Source: Prorocentrum cordatum (Eukaryota). Taken from it: a stretch of DNA of 64,000 bases. Position numbers and translations under genes: made by a program. The notes under the pieces were generated by a model. It made no database searches. It was not told the DNA's origin and was given only the letters and a program-made list of their open reading frames with translations. The stretch is from assembly GCA_963575745.1 (NCBI GenBank), contig CAUYUJ010000001.1, forward strand, positions 3,286,001 to 3,350,000, in the 5' to 3' direction. Every line of letters starts with the position of its first letter. Within the stretch, counting starts at the first letter, position 1. Shown here piece after piece: positions 12,594-25,219 of this stretch.

Positions 12594-13469
12594 CGCACGA
12601 TCATGCGGGAATTCGCTTATATGCAACATCATGCATTGCATCGTGATGTGCCATTTGTGCCATGTGTCGCCATGGAACTTGACGCCATGCGATCATTGCG
12701 TATAGCATGCTGCATGGTTGAACATGCGCGCGTCCGTGCGCATACGCGTGCGACGGGTATGACGCACGTCGCTTATGCACGGAGCAATATCAGGTATTTG
12801 CAAACGGATTCGCGTGCGCAAGACAAGGTACAATTGAACATGTTACACTCAATATAGCGGTGGCGCATACCGTGCTGAAGCGGCCGGTGGGTCGTGCCTG
12901 ATGGCCTGCGCTCAGTTGTGCGATGCTGTTTTTGTTTTTTGTTTCTCTCTCTCTTTCTCTCTTGCATCCCTGTCGCTCGAAGGCTCTGCCTGGACACTCA
13001 AGAAAGAGATGGCATTCGCAAAGATCCGCCAATCCCTGGCCATGACCATGCTCTATCTCGAGTCCACGCACAGCAAGGCTTTGGCATCTAGGGTGGAGAA
13101 AACCCAGGAGGAGGAGGCCAATGCCCAGCCATGATCATGCATCTGTGTTTTTATCTCGTCCAGCAAATGATCTTCGACGGCGTTGTGATCTCTGTAATTA
13201 CGTTGGTGGCAGAAGTGGGCGGTAAGAGCATCATGTGTAGCCTCTCTTGGCATATGAATGGCCTCATTGTTGATGCCTCCTACTTCCGATTGAGGCTCGC
13301 GAGGCAGTTGAGGGAGAAGAACCCGAAGAAGAACAGGACATCGCACTCTTTCCTGTCTGTTGTCCTACTAAACTTGGCTAGGAGGCTGCAGATGGGGAGG
13401 ATGGGCATGAGGAGAGAAAAGAGGCAAAGGAGGAAGCGGAGGAAAAGGAGAAGAAGCAGGAGGAGAGGG

Positions 13470-14260
13470 ATGATCACGAAGATCGTGCAATACGCAACTC
13501 GGCTGGCGAGTGGGGGGTTGGCCTCGAGGAGGCGCCTGGGCCTCTTGACCAAACGAGTGCCACGATGGTCGACGCGATGGAGAAGGACTCAGCCGATTAA
13601 CGGTTGTCGACCAGAGCCGTGCATGCCCTCGACGTGTTGCTCGACGACAGGGTCCCCCTTCGTGCACGCAGCGCTGTCGAGGGCCACAGCTATCCGCACA
13701 CGGTGTGCACCAGGAGTTCAACAGGCCAGAGTTTTGTCTCTCGCCACTGCTTCGCACGTCTCGTATCCGTAAGGGTTTCGACTTCTTCCTCCGACCGCCT
13801 CTATTAGAACGGGTGGTATCAGAGCCGTGTCGGATTGTCTGGGTTTTGTCTTGAAGACATCTGGGAACATTATGCGGGAACGGATAGGAATCAGCAGATC
13901 ATACTGTCATGTTGGGACTATGATTGAACATTTGGTTGCATGTTTGGAGCGTTCCCTGCTCGAATCTGGGGATTTTGCGGGAGAGTCTGGCCTCGGGTGC
14001 ACGAATCTTGCGTTACCGCAGAAAGGATTCTGTCCTCGAAAGGGCGAATCTGGAGGGATTTGCAAGGTAGTCTGGCCTCGGGAGTGCGGAGTAGGCGAAA
14101 CTTGCTAAGGATTCTGGCTTCGGGAGCGAGAACCACGCGTAACTTTTGAAAGGCGCGCGAATCTGAAAAAAGCGGAGGATGAGCTGCAGATGCAGGAATA
14201 GCGCCTCCCGTAAGCGTTGTGTTGCACGGTCGCCTGGCGCGACTGGCAAGCGCCGCTGGC
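13470..14260 (+). mobile_element. LTR-retrotransposon 5' relic with tRNA-iMet primer-binding site (13814-13826)
   Basis: TGGTATCAGAGCC is the canonical iMet PBS of Ty1/Ty3 elements. LTR boundaries and gag are not confirmed. Confidence 0.4.
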
Positions 14261-14289
14261 CACCGAGGCTACGTAGATCATGTCATCCA

Positions 14290-15060
14290 ATATCAAGCGT
14301 GATCCGGCTGCCTGCAATTCCGCCACCGTGCCAGCGCAGCATTCAGGGTGGCAATTATTCGGGAAGGCAAAGGGGCCTGCCGGGGGCCTCTTGGGAGAGA
14401 AGGTTCGAATTCTTTCTTGGTTCGTGTTCCCACTCTTGGGCCCGTCTTGGAGCCGTCTCGGGGCCCTCTTGGGCAGTCTTGGGCGCCTCTTATGCCGTCT
14501 TGGAGCTCTCTCAAGGGCCTCTTGAACCGACTCGGGGGAGTCTTGGGGGCCGCTTGGGCCGTCTTGGAGCGTCGGAAGTTTGAAAAGGTGAGAACCCACA
14601 AACATCATTGAACACGCTACGACACATCAATGCTTGTTTTGCCTCGGGACCCTCTTGGGGGCATCTTAGGAGCCTCGTTCGGCGCTCTTGAGTCCTCCTG
14701 AGCCGTCTTGGGGCGGAAGGCTCGAATTGTCGGTTTGTGTTCAACCTCTTGGGCCTTTCTTGGGCTGTGTTTGGGCCCTCTTGGGCTTTCTCGGGCGCCT
14801 CTGCGGCCGTCTTAGAGCCCTTTCGGGCCGTCTTGGGGTTCTCTTCGGGGCCTCCCGGGCCGTCTTGGGGCAGTCCTGGTGGCTCCTTGGGCCGTCTTGT
14901 GACTTCGGAAGCTGGAAACGGCGAGAACCAGACACATTGATATCAACCTAGGGAAAATCAATTTTCTCTCCCTCTCAGGCCCCTCCTGGGAAGGCTCTTG
15001 GGGCTCCCTTTGGACGCCTCGACGGCCTCGTGGGCCATCTCGAAGCCATCTTGGGCAGTC
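14290..15060. mobile_element. TCTTGG-rich interspersed repeat
   Basis: Same core as 8454-9130. Both start near a (C/T)GCCACCGTGCC motif. Confidence 0.65.
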
Positions 15061-15480
15061 TCTCCGACTCCGGCTCCGACCTCACCAACTCCAGCTCGTG
15101 TTTTCCCGATTCCGGCCGGCTCCGATTTACCAGCGTTGTTTGACCGACGCCGGCCCTAACCCCTGCGTTCTCTCCGACTCCGGCTCCGACGCTCGATCTC
15201 GTCCTTCCGACCCTGACTGCCCAACAGTCCCGACTCCGCATTCTGAGCGGCCAACATCGGCGCCACGGCGCCCACCCGCTGCACCCGCGTGTTGCTTTCT
15301 GCGGGACTGTCTGTCTGTCTTTCTGATGTCAATGTGGCCTGTCTTGGGCCGGTATTGGGCCGTCTTGGGGGCACGAGCCTGCCGCATTTTGCGAGGGATC
15401 GTGGCCTGGGGCGCTGCACGCCGCTGGGTGCGTCGCGAGGGGGAGGGGGGCCCTTGGAAAACGACAGAACCCGACCAGGC

Positions 15481-15649
15481 TTAAGTCGGGCCTGTCCCTC
15501 TACAGGAGGAATATTCAAAAATAGTCAAAAATAGTGGGGGGGCTATTTGTTGTTATTTCTTGACTATTTTTGACAATTTGGGAGTATTTTTGGGGTGTTT
15601 ATAATTTTTCATCCAAAATTCCCCTGTAGGGGGGACATGCCCGACCTAA
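15481..15649. mobile_element. MITE, 169 bp, ~28-bp imperfect TIRs, 8-bp TSD (hAT-like)
   Basis: TTAAGTCGGGCCTGTCCCTCTACAGG ... CCTGTAGGGGGGACATGCCCGACCTAA. Flanks GACCAGGC (15473-15480) and GACCAAGC (15650-15657) match at 7/8. Confidence 0.85.
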
Positions 15650-16054
15650 GACCAAGCAGATCTTGGTATTCTTCCACGCCTCAATTTGCACAAGGCACGG
15701 TGGCGCAGATCTTGTGAAATGGAGCTATTTCGGTCGAACGGTTGTCGGGGTGGTGATTCCGATGACAGTAGTGTGGATGATGGTGGTGACGACTACGTGT
15801 TCTTGGAATTCGGAGGAGGTGATGTTGCGAGCGATGCCACGTCGCAGATTGTGGCAACACTCAGTGGACAGCTGAAGGCAACTGCATTCACACACGAACC
15901 TTTTTCGCCCATGGCGATTGAGTGCCGCGGGGGGAGGGGGGGCACGCCACAAGAGCTCAAGCTCTTCCCCTCTCAGCGCCTGTACGTAAGAGTCTTTTAC
16001 TTGCTTCAAGAGACTGACCCCGTGCGCTGGTGTCTGGCCCTTCTCACCACACAG

Positions 16055-16175
16055 GGTTTGGACGTGGGTTTGGACGCGGTTTCGGATGTGGCTTGGGACG
16101 TGACTATGGACGTTGGTTTGGATTTGGGTGTGAACGTGGGTTTTGACGTGGGCTTGAACGTGGCTTCGATGTTGG
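16055..16175. repeat. 12-bp degenerate tandem repeat (GGACGTGGGTTT)
   Basis: About 9 degenerate copies. Confidence 0.75.
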
Positions 16176-16306
16176 GAAATACAGGGGTGCACTCATGAGG
16201 TTCCGCAGATAGGGTTCTACACACATCAGGTTCCACACACAGGGCTCTCCCGGGTAAGGCTCCACATATGCAGGGTTCACACATCATACGGCTCCATACG
16301 AAGGGT

Positions 16307-17336
16307 CACACTCACACCCACACACGCAAACACGCACGCACACACGCACACACAAACACACACAGGAACACACAGACACACACACACAAACACGCACACG
16401 CAAGCACGCACGCACACGCACACGCACACGAACACAAACACGCGCATGCACACGCGCACGCGCACGAGCGCACACACAACACAACACAACACAAACCAAC
16501 CCAACACAACACAACACAACACAACACATCAACACATCAACACATCAACACAACACAACACAACACGACACGACACGACACAACACAACACACCATGACA
16601 CAACACAACACAAGACAACACAACACAACGCAAGACAACACAACACAACACAACACAACACAACACAACACAACACAACACAACACAAAACAACACACCA
16701 TACCACACCACACCACACCAAGTACACACGCACGCACACACACAAACACAAGCACGCACGCAAGCACGCACGCACGCGCGCTCTCGGGCACGCACGCACG
16801 CACTCACAGACACACACGCACACGTACACACATGCACATTCACACATGCACACTCACACATGCACACACACATGCACGCGCACGCGCACGCGCTTTTGTA
16901 CGCGCACGCGCACGCGCACGCGCAGGCGCACGCACACACGCGCGTACACGCGCAGTCACACGCACACGCACACGCACACGCACTCGCGCACACGCGCACG
17001 CACACGCACACGCGTAAGCACACGTACACGAACACGCACACGCAAACGCACGCACGCATACGCACACGCACACGCACACGCACACACGCACGCGCACACG
17101 CACACGCACACGCACACGTGCACGCACACGCACACGCACACGCACACGCGCACGCGCACACACAACACAACACAACACAACACAACACAACACAACACAA
17201 CACAACACAACACAACACAACACAACACAACACAGCACAGCACAGCACACCACACCACAACACAACACAACACAACACAACACAACACAACACACCACAC
17301 CACACCACACCACACCACACCGCACACACGCGCGCA

Positions 17337-17368
<32 letters not shown>

Positions 17369-17848
17369 CACGCGCACACACGCACACACGCACGCACGCA
17401 CGCACGCACGCGCGCACGCACGCACGCACGCGCGCACGCACGCACGCACAGACACACACACACACGTACACACATGCATTCACACATGCACACACATTCA
17501 CAAATGCACGCGCTTTCGCACTCGCACGCGCACGCGCACGCACTTGCGCAGGCGCACGCAAACACGCGCACGCGCACGCACACGCGCACGCGCACGCACA
17601 CGCGCACGCACGCGCACACCTACATGCACACGCACACCTACATGCACACGCACACGCACGCGCCCACGCACACGTACACGCATACGCACACGCACACGCA
17701 CACGCATACGCACACGCACACACGCACGCGCACGCGCACGCGCATGCGCACGCGCACGCGCACTCGCACGCGCACGCGCAGGCTCACGCACGCACGCACG
17801 CGGACGCGCACATGCACACGCACATGCACACGCACGCACGCACACACA
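16307..17848. repeat. Compound CA-rich microsatellite (CACG, CACACG, CACAA, CACCA)
   Basis: About 1.5 kb of alternating blocks. (CACAA)n at ~16475-16700 and ~17160-17290. Confidence 0.97.
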
Positions 17849-18420
17849 TCTGGCTGCAGACGCACAGGGCTCCGCACCCTCAGGTCTCCGTTCTTGTCGC
17901 GCTGATGAACCGTTTCGGGGCCACGCGCTGGCATCGCCCACTGGACCCCCGAGCCTGGGATCCGGGCGGAGCAGTGGGCGACCACCCCCGAGGGCCGTCC
18001 TCTCCCGAGCACGAAGCCGGGTGGCGGCACCCCACCCCGCCGCAGGAGGGCTCCAGAGTGGGTTCGGGCCACGTGGCAGTCCCGCACGGTCTCCCACGCA
18101 AGTCGCGCAATGCACGAATCACGAATTCCTTATTTGGCAGTTGGGGGCCGTCTCACAGTGGCTTTGACCTCCAATGGGCAAACAAAATACAGATGTGGTC
18201 GAGGTTGGATTGTCTTGTCGGGGTCCCGCACGGGCATCACACCTGAGAGGTAGCAGGGTTACCAGTCCCATATGCGTACGTCTTGCCAGGAGGAAGAAAA
18301 AGAGGAAGAAGAAACGGAAGAAGAGTGATCATGCAAGTGGAGTGCGCGATCGACGCGATGATCCCCATCAAACTTGACCAGATGCGAGAAAGAACGAAGG
18401 AAAATCGCCGGCCCTGGCAG

Positions 18421-20532
18421 TCGGCAAGGGGCGGCTGGAGCAGGAGGCCGACAGCCGGGCTCAGAGAGCGGAGCCCGAAGAAGCGCCGCCGCACCGCTGC
18501 CGCTGGGCCGCCCGCGCGCGGCGGCGCGCCGGCCCTCGGTGCGCAGGCCACGAGGGCTGCCAACCACGCCGCCGCGGCCCAGGAGCGCCAGCGCGACAGG
18601 GCGCTGGGGCGCCTGTGCGCGTGGCTGCGAGGCGTCGGCTGCGAGCACCGCCGCGCGGTGCTCGAGCAGTGCTTCTCGGAGCCGCAGCGGCTGGCGCTCG
18701 AGCGGTGGATCCTCGGCCAGGGCGGCCGACCCCGCCCCGCGCCGCCCGCGCGCCACCCGGCGCCCCTGCAGGCGGCCGCGGCGAGCGAGGCTGCGCAGGC
18801 TGCCAGAGGCGCGCGTCAGCTTGCCCGCCGAGCAGCCCTGCGCCGCGTGCGGTCCCCGGGGCGCTCGGGGCCAGAGCTCCGCGGCGGCGGGCCGCGGGGG
18901 CCCGGCAGGCGGGCCGGCGGCCGCGTCAAGGCGCTCGGCAGCTGGCGTGTAGGCAGCTGCCGAGATGGCGCTTCGCCGCCTCGCCGGGGTGTGGTGACCC
19001 ACGCCTCTCCGGCGACGGGCGCGTGCTCCTTCCATGCGCTGGCCTGCATCGGGATGGTGCGGCTGAGCTGCCGCAAGAGCCGAGACCGGTCGACGGCGCT
19101 TCGCCACCGGCAGGCCCTGGTCGCCATACGGAGCTGCGTCGAGGCGAGCTCCCACGGGTCCTTCGAGGATCGCCTGTGCAGGGCCGTGGCCGAGGTGCCG
19201 CCGGCGATGGGGCTCACCCAGGCCGAGATGGGCCTGCGCCTCTCCGTGAGGCTCGGGGCGCATCGCTGGGTCGGACCCCCGCTGGCCACGCCCTCGTTCC
19301 CCGCGCACGACCGGGCAGGCCTGGCCCACGGCCTGAGCGCGTGGCGCCGCCTCTGCGACGCCCGCGAGGCCCTCCGGGAGGCGGAGGACGCTGCCGGCAG
19401 CTCCTGCCGAGGGCCCCCGACGCGGCAGGAGCGGGCGGCCTGGGCGGCCCTGCGGCAGGTGCTCCTCAGCGTCGAGGCCGAGGCCGGCCACGACCGCGCC
19501 CGCCGCGCCGCGCGGCTGGACCGCGCGGAGGCGGCTCGCGCCGCGCACCGGGACGCCCTGGCGGAGGTGTGGAACCAGCTCGGGGGCGCCCAGGAGGGGA
19601 GTGCTCACCAACCTGGAACATGTCCCTATCCCTGTGCTGGGCACCTCCTCATCACGGTGCCAATCTCAGGGATTCCCTTCTATTTTTTGAGGGTGGATCC
19701 CTGAGATTGTCATCGCCTTTTGGCGTGTCAATCTTAGGGATGGGGATACGTTCGAGGCTGGTAAAGTGCGGAGCAGCGGCGGCAGGGCAGCACATCGTGG
19801 CCAGGGCCCCCGGGACCTCCCAGATCTCCCGTGCCTCTCCTCTTCCCTCGGTGCGTCCCCTGGCCCCTCCGCCCGGGCGCAGACCTCGGGCCACGATGCG
19901 CTACCCCCCCCCCTCCTTCCCGACCCCCCTCTTCGGCGCCCCGGGACCAGCGCCGCATGGCCGCGGAGGAGAAGGCTCAGCGGCGCGCGGCGCGGCGCGG
20001 AGAGGCGCCGCGGCAGCGGCGCCCTGGGAAGCGGCCGGCGGACCTGTCGCAGGTAGTGAGGATCACCAGGCGAGCGACGAAGAAGAACGGGTTCGATTGC
20101 GCGGATACTGGCACGGAAGCTGCCCGCGTAAGGTTGCGCGTGCGCGCCCTCGTTTCCAATGTGGCGTTCCGCGCCGGCGGCCCGCGTAAGCCACCGCGTA
20201 AGGTTATGTTGTTCCCATCCTACCTGAGGACCGCATCCCAGAAATAATTTCGAGCACCCGGAAACGTGTCAAAAGAGTGTCGAAATAGTGTCGAAACAGT
20301 GTCGGGCGAGTGTCTCCCAGGGCCCCACACGTAAAAACCCTTGCGTTTCGGTGCTTTTTCGGGCGCTCGAACTTCTTCCTGGCGAACACGGCTAAAGCAG
20401 GTTGGAGCATCATAAAGCGTAAGGTTGGTGCGTCTTCCTGCGTAAGACTCTCTTCTTCTCGTCACCCAGAGGTGGCTGCTTGGCACGCTGGCGCGGGCAG
20501 AGGGGCAGCTCCGACGCCCGCGCAGGCCGTGA
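18421..20532 (+). CDS. Spliced hypothetical protein; exons 18421-19593, 19951-20052, 20470-20532; 5' exon(s) unresolved
   Basis: Non-repetitive 1.17 kb open frame with strong GC3 bias. CAG acceptors end at 18420, 19950 and 20469; donors are GA (19594) and GT (20053). All joins are phase 0: ...QLGGAQ|RRMAAEEKAQ...DLSQ|RWLLGTLARAEGQLRRPRRP*. Confidence 0.6.
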
Positions 20533-20613
20533 GGGCGCGACCCCGCGAAACTCTGGGGCTGGCAGCAGCTGAGGCCCAGGAGGGTCGTCGGCGGCTCAAA
20601 GATGGGCCTTGAG

Positions 20614-20807
20614 TTAAGTCGGGCCTGTCCCCCTACAGGGGGATTTTCGACGACAAATAAAACATACCCCAGAAATACCCCAAAAGGTCAAAACATATTC
20701 AAAAAATAGTGCCCAGACTATTTTGGATTATTTTGGGGTTATTTCGGGTGCATTTTTTACTTATTTTTCATCGAACATCCCCCTGCAGGGGGACAGACCC
20801 GACTTAA
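20614..20807. mobile_element. MITE, 194 bp, ~30-bp TIRs, perfect 8-bp TSD GCCTTGAG (hAT-like)
   Basis: TTAAGTCGGGCCTGTCCCCCTACAGGGGGAT ... ATCCCCCTGCAGGGGGACAGACCCGACTTAA. GCCTTGAG at 20606-20613 and 20808-20815. Confidence 0.92.
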
Positions 20808-21439
20808 GCCTTGAGCCCTGAGGGATAAAAGCCCCAGGGGTAAGACAGGGGTCCCAAGCTGAACCCTTACTGTTTTAGGCCGCCCGTCAGTAGGACCCCC
20901 TCATCCAGGGCCCCACTTCTGAACCGCCGAGAGGAAGGGTCGGCCACGAGTGAAGGGGTCACGGAGGAGGGGGGTCCTGGAGTTCTTTCGCCGTTTCCGG
21001 CTGGGCTCCCGGGGCCCTCCTGTGGGCCGCCAGGGCTGTCGGACAAGCAATCGGGTCGAAGGACCGGTTCTGGGGGAGGCCCGGGGGCCCGGGAGCCTTT
21101 CCCAGCATGACCCTTTCATGTGCGGCAGAGGGACGGGCACCTCAAGGCTATACCTGGTGAGAGCATGTGTGAGGCTCTGGTGAATCTTTCTTCTCGCGGG
21201 CTCGGTCTGGGGACGAGCCCATATTCCTCAGTCCCTGCTCTCCCTCTCTCCCTCCACACTTACACTACGTGAGTACTGCTATCGTCTCTCCTCTGGTCTC
21301 GTCCAAGCGTGATCCCACCTATCCCGCGTCTCGTTCTTCATTCACACACGCATGATACCCTGCTTTGATGATTATTTAATCGCTTCGCTCATTCCGCCGG
21401 CCCATACAGTCTCATGTCTGCCGTTTACCCGAGGGCCTG

Positions 21440-22211
21440 GTGTCAATGCGGCGCTTTGGGGGTTCCTGGGGCGCTCGGGGGGGCATTTGGGGGGCCTGGG
21501 GCCGCTTGGGGGACTCTTGGGGGCCTCCTGAGGGCCTCGTCGGGGCCTCTTGGGGCCTCTTAGGGGCCTCTTGGGGCCTCGGAGGGGCTTCTTGGGGCCG
21601 AGGGCTGGAAATGTTGTTTCGTGTTCCCTCTCTTGGGGCGTTCTTGGGGCCCTCTTGGGCCGTCTTGGAGGCTTCTTGGGCCGTCTTCGAGCCCTCTTGG
21701 GCCATCTTGGGGCCCTCTTGGGGGCCTCTTGGGCCCTCTTGGGGCGATCTTGGGGGCCTCTTGGGCCGTCTTGGGGCGTCGGGAAGCCGAAAAGGTGGAA
21801 GCTCCAAAATCTCTCAAAAACCTAAGGAAAATCAATGAATTTTGCCTCCGGAGGCCCTCTTGGGAGTGCTCTTGGAGGCCTCTTGGGGCGTCTGGGGGCC
21901 ATCTTGGGCGTCTTGGAGCGATCTTGTGGCATGTCGGACCCCTCGTGTACCATCTTGGGGGCCTCTTGGGGGCCTCTTGGTTTTGTTTGGGTCCTCGGGG
22001 ACGTTTTCGGAGCCCTGTTGGTGCGCTCATGGGGCGCTCGGGGGGACCCGGCCGGGACCCGGCCGGGACCCGGCCGGGGACCGGCCGGGACCTGGTCGGG
22101 GTACTTTTCGTCCGGGGACCCCCAGGGGCCGCCCCGCGCGCGCGAACTAGAGAATTGTTAACCAGTTACCGGAGATCTTAGCACGCCTCTGGCCCGTTGG
22201 GCCGGCGAATT
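21440..22211 (+). mobile_element. TCTTGG-rich interspersed element ending in hairpin + GGCGAATT; internal (GGGACCCGGCC)n
   Basis: End sequence GCACGCC-TCT-GGCCC-GTT-GGGCC-GGCG-AATT. 11-bp tandem at ~22043-22100. Confidence 0.65.
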
Positions 22212-22960
22212 TTGTTGGTCCGATCGGCAAAGTTCTCTGTCCTTGAAAAATTGTGCTCTCGCCGTTCAGAACGGCGCTCGCGCCTCAACGCGGGCCATAT
22301 TGCCGCTGTATGCTTGCCCCTCGTCGCCACCGCATCCCCCTTCTCCTCCTCCTCCTCCTGCTCCTGCTGATCTTCTTCCTTCTTCGTCCTTCTCTTCCTC
22401 CTTCGCGTCCTCCTGTCTACCCGCCACCTCCGCCCCCCCCAATGTGCAAAGCCGTCCTTTCAAAGTTCTTTCTGATCGTGCATCACAGGATGGGATCACC
22501 TCTCTTTGACGCACCATGGATACAAAGCAATTCAGTTCAATCGGGAAGGATGGGGGGTAGGGGTAATATGCCACATATGGTGCGAGCGCACAGAGCTTGT
22601 TGACTCCCTTCCCCCTGCTGCTCTCACCCTGCGGGGCTGCTTAGATGGTGGTCCCGTCCTGCCTCGGAGTTTTCTTCTCCTCCTCCTCCTCCTCCTCCCC
22701 AGCTCCTCCTCTTCCCCCCATCTTCACCCTCCTCCTCCTCCTCCTCCTCCTCCTCCTCCTCCTCCTCCACCCACCCTCCCCCCTTGGGGGCGTCGCCTGT
22801 GTCCCCCGATGTCCTGCGAGCCCCGACCGCGTCTGCCGGCTCGCCCCAGGCTCTCGCATATACCGCCCGCGTGGGGTGCGGGGGCTCGCCGAGCCGCGGC
22901 CTCCCTTTCTTGTTGTGGAGCGGTCCCGGGTCCCTGCCTGGACCGTCCCGGAGGTGGATA

Positions 22961-23117
22961 TCAGGAGGGAAAGAAACATGCAGACACAATTCATCGTCGA
23001 TCCCCAGGAAAATATAGGAACATATGGGAACTGGGGGGAAGACAAAAAGCCAGAAAATATATGAAAATATGGGGAATATTTTTATTTGTGTGTATTTATT
23101 TGTGTGTCCTGCCCTGA
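22961..23117 (+). mobile_element. Short interspersed AT-rich repeat (MITE-like), copy 2
   Basis: Homologous to 5861-6012. Ends TCAGG...CCCTGA are weakly inverted. Confidence 0.7.
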
Positions 23118-23259
23118 CACGTCGATTGAGGAACTGGCCGTTTTCGGTTCGCGAGGGGGCGTCGCGGCCGTCATTTCTGCGGGTCCAGGTCCGTCGGTTT
23201 CGGTCCCAGGCCGTTTTCATTTAAGGGGAGGTTTACTAAAGGGAGGTTTGTCCACCGCC

Positions 23260-24430
23260 GACTGTCTTGGGCCTATCTCAGGTTCTCTGGAGCCGCCGGG
23301 GGCCCTCTTGGAGAGTCTTGGGGACCTCTTGGGCCGTTTCGGGCAACTCTCGGGGCCCTCTCGAGCGCTGTGCCCCATTCTGGGGCGATCTTGGAGGCCC
23401 CGCCCCTTTGGGCCGTCTCGGAGGCTCGGAAGGCCGAGAAGGCGAGAATGCGAAAGTCGTACGCAACCTTTCTGGAACATCAATGGTTTTTGCCTCTTGG
23501 GTACATCCCTTCGGGCCGTCTTGGGAGCCTGTTGTGCCGTGCCGTCTTGTGGCCATCTTGGGGCTTGGGGACATTTTGAGGGTTCGGGGTTGGGCCCGTC
23601 TTGGCCGTTTGAGGGTTCAGGGTCTCCTGGGGCCTTCGTGGGCCCTCTGGGCCGCCGTGTGGCCGTCTGGGGATGTTTTGGGTTCGCGTGGGGCGCTTGG
23701 GACCGAGCATCCCCAGTCGCGCCTGGAGTCTAGGCGGGAATATATTGTAGAGGCCTTACGGCCGGTGCCGCCGACCCTGAACGACGACGACGATGCTGAC
23801 GTGGGTCAGAGTCCTCTTGGGAGCCTCTTGGGGGTCTGTTGGGAGGCTCCTGGGGGCCTCTTAGGGTTTCCCGGGCGCATCTTGGGGATTCTTGGGGGCG
23901 TATTGGGGGCTTTTTGGCGCTTCCTGGGAGCTCAGGGAGGGCTCGAAATGTCCGTTCGCCCTGTCTGGGCACTCTTGGAGCCGTCTTGGGGGCCTCGTGG
24001 GCCGTCGTTGGAGGCCTCGTGGGCCGTCTTGGGGCCCTCTTGGGTCGTTTTGGGGCCCTCTCGGAGGCCTCTTGGGCTATCTTGGAGCGATCTTGGGGGC
24101 CTGTTGGGCCGTCTTGGAGTGTCGGGAAGCGGAGAAGGCGAGAATCCCAAAATCGAACCAAAACCCAATGAAAAGAAATGATTTTTGCCTCTTGGGGCCT
24201 TCTTGGGAGGGCTCTTGGAAGCCTCTTGGGCCGTCTGGAGGCTACTTTGGCCCCTTGGACCGATAGTCCGGCGATTCCTTCTTGGACCGTCTTGGGGGCC
24301 TCTTGGGGCAGTCTTGGGGGGGGGGCTTTGGGATCCCCCAGGGGGGGGACATTCTGACCCTGGACCTCCCCGGGACCCCCCCTCCCGGGACTCCCCCCCG
24401 GCCGCCCCCCCCGGGCAGGGCAGAGATCAA
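23260..24430. mobile_element. TCTTGG-rich interspersed repeats (two decayed blocks)
   Basis: Same core motif as the other blocks. Confidence 0.6.
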
Positions 24431-24854
24431 GGGAAGGGGCTTCCCTTCGAATGAATTACGACGTTCGTTATGTTCATGTTGGCTAGCACGCCCCTCCCCC
24501 CGGGTGGGGAAGAGATCAAGGGAAGGGGCTTCCTTTCGTTTGTCAGTTTCATGCTATTTTCATGTTCGCTATTTTCATGTTGGCTATTTTCGAGTTATTT
24601 TCATGTTTCATTTCATCAAACATATAACGAACATGAATGAATTACTACGTTCGTTATTATCATGTTGGCCAGCACGCTTACAGAGAAAGGCCCAGGGGAA
24701 CAGAGGCAACGGCTGGCGCGTTGGCGCAGGAGACCCAGGAGAAAGCTTGGAATGGCAACGGCGACGACGACGAGGAGACGACGAATGAAACAGCCAGGAG
24801 TGAAAGAGCCTCTTCCACACGCCGACACGGTCGGCGGATACACACACGTATACA

Positions 24855-25070
24855 TTTATGTGTGTATGTATATAAGTATATATATATATGTATATAAATA
24901 TCCACACTTGTGTATGTATGCATGCATGCATGTATGTATGTATGTAGGTAGGTAGGTAGGTAGGTAGGTAGGTAGGTTGGTAGGTTGGTAGGTTGGTAGG
25001 TAGGTAGGTAGGTAGGTAGGTAGGTAGGTAGGTAGGTAGGTATGTGTGTGTATATATATATACATATATG
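24855..25070. repeat. (TA)n/(TATG)n/(TAGG)n compound microsatellite
   Basis: Direct observation. Confidence 0.95.
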
Positions 25071-25219
25071 AGTAGGCTGGGGGGGGGGAAATCGGTGCCG
25101 TCATCCCCCATGGGGGCCCTCCCGAACCTTTGGGGGGTCACAGACCCCCTGGGACTGCCCCGGCCCGCTTCCAATTTGCCCACGACAGGCCACGCGGGCC
25201 GTACAGATGGTCACGAAAC

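Noticed and set aside
16268..18246. His/Thr- or Cys/Val-rich ORFs
   Set aside because: Translations of CA-rich microsatellites.
18259..19644. 461-aa minus-strand ORF
   Set aside because: Antisense shadow of the GC3-biased plus-strand exon.
20871..21408. Solo LTR (TG...CA)
   Set aside because: No TSD, PBS or second copy in the window.
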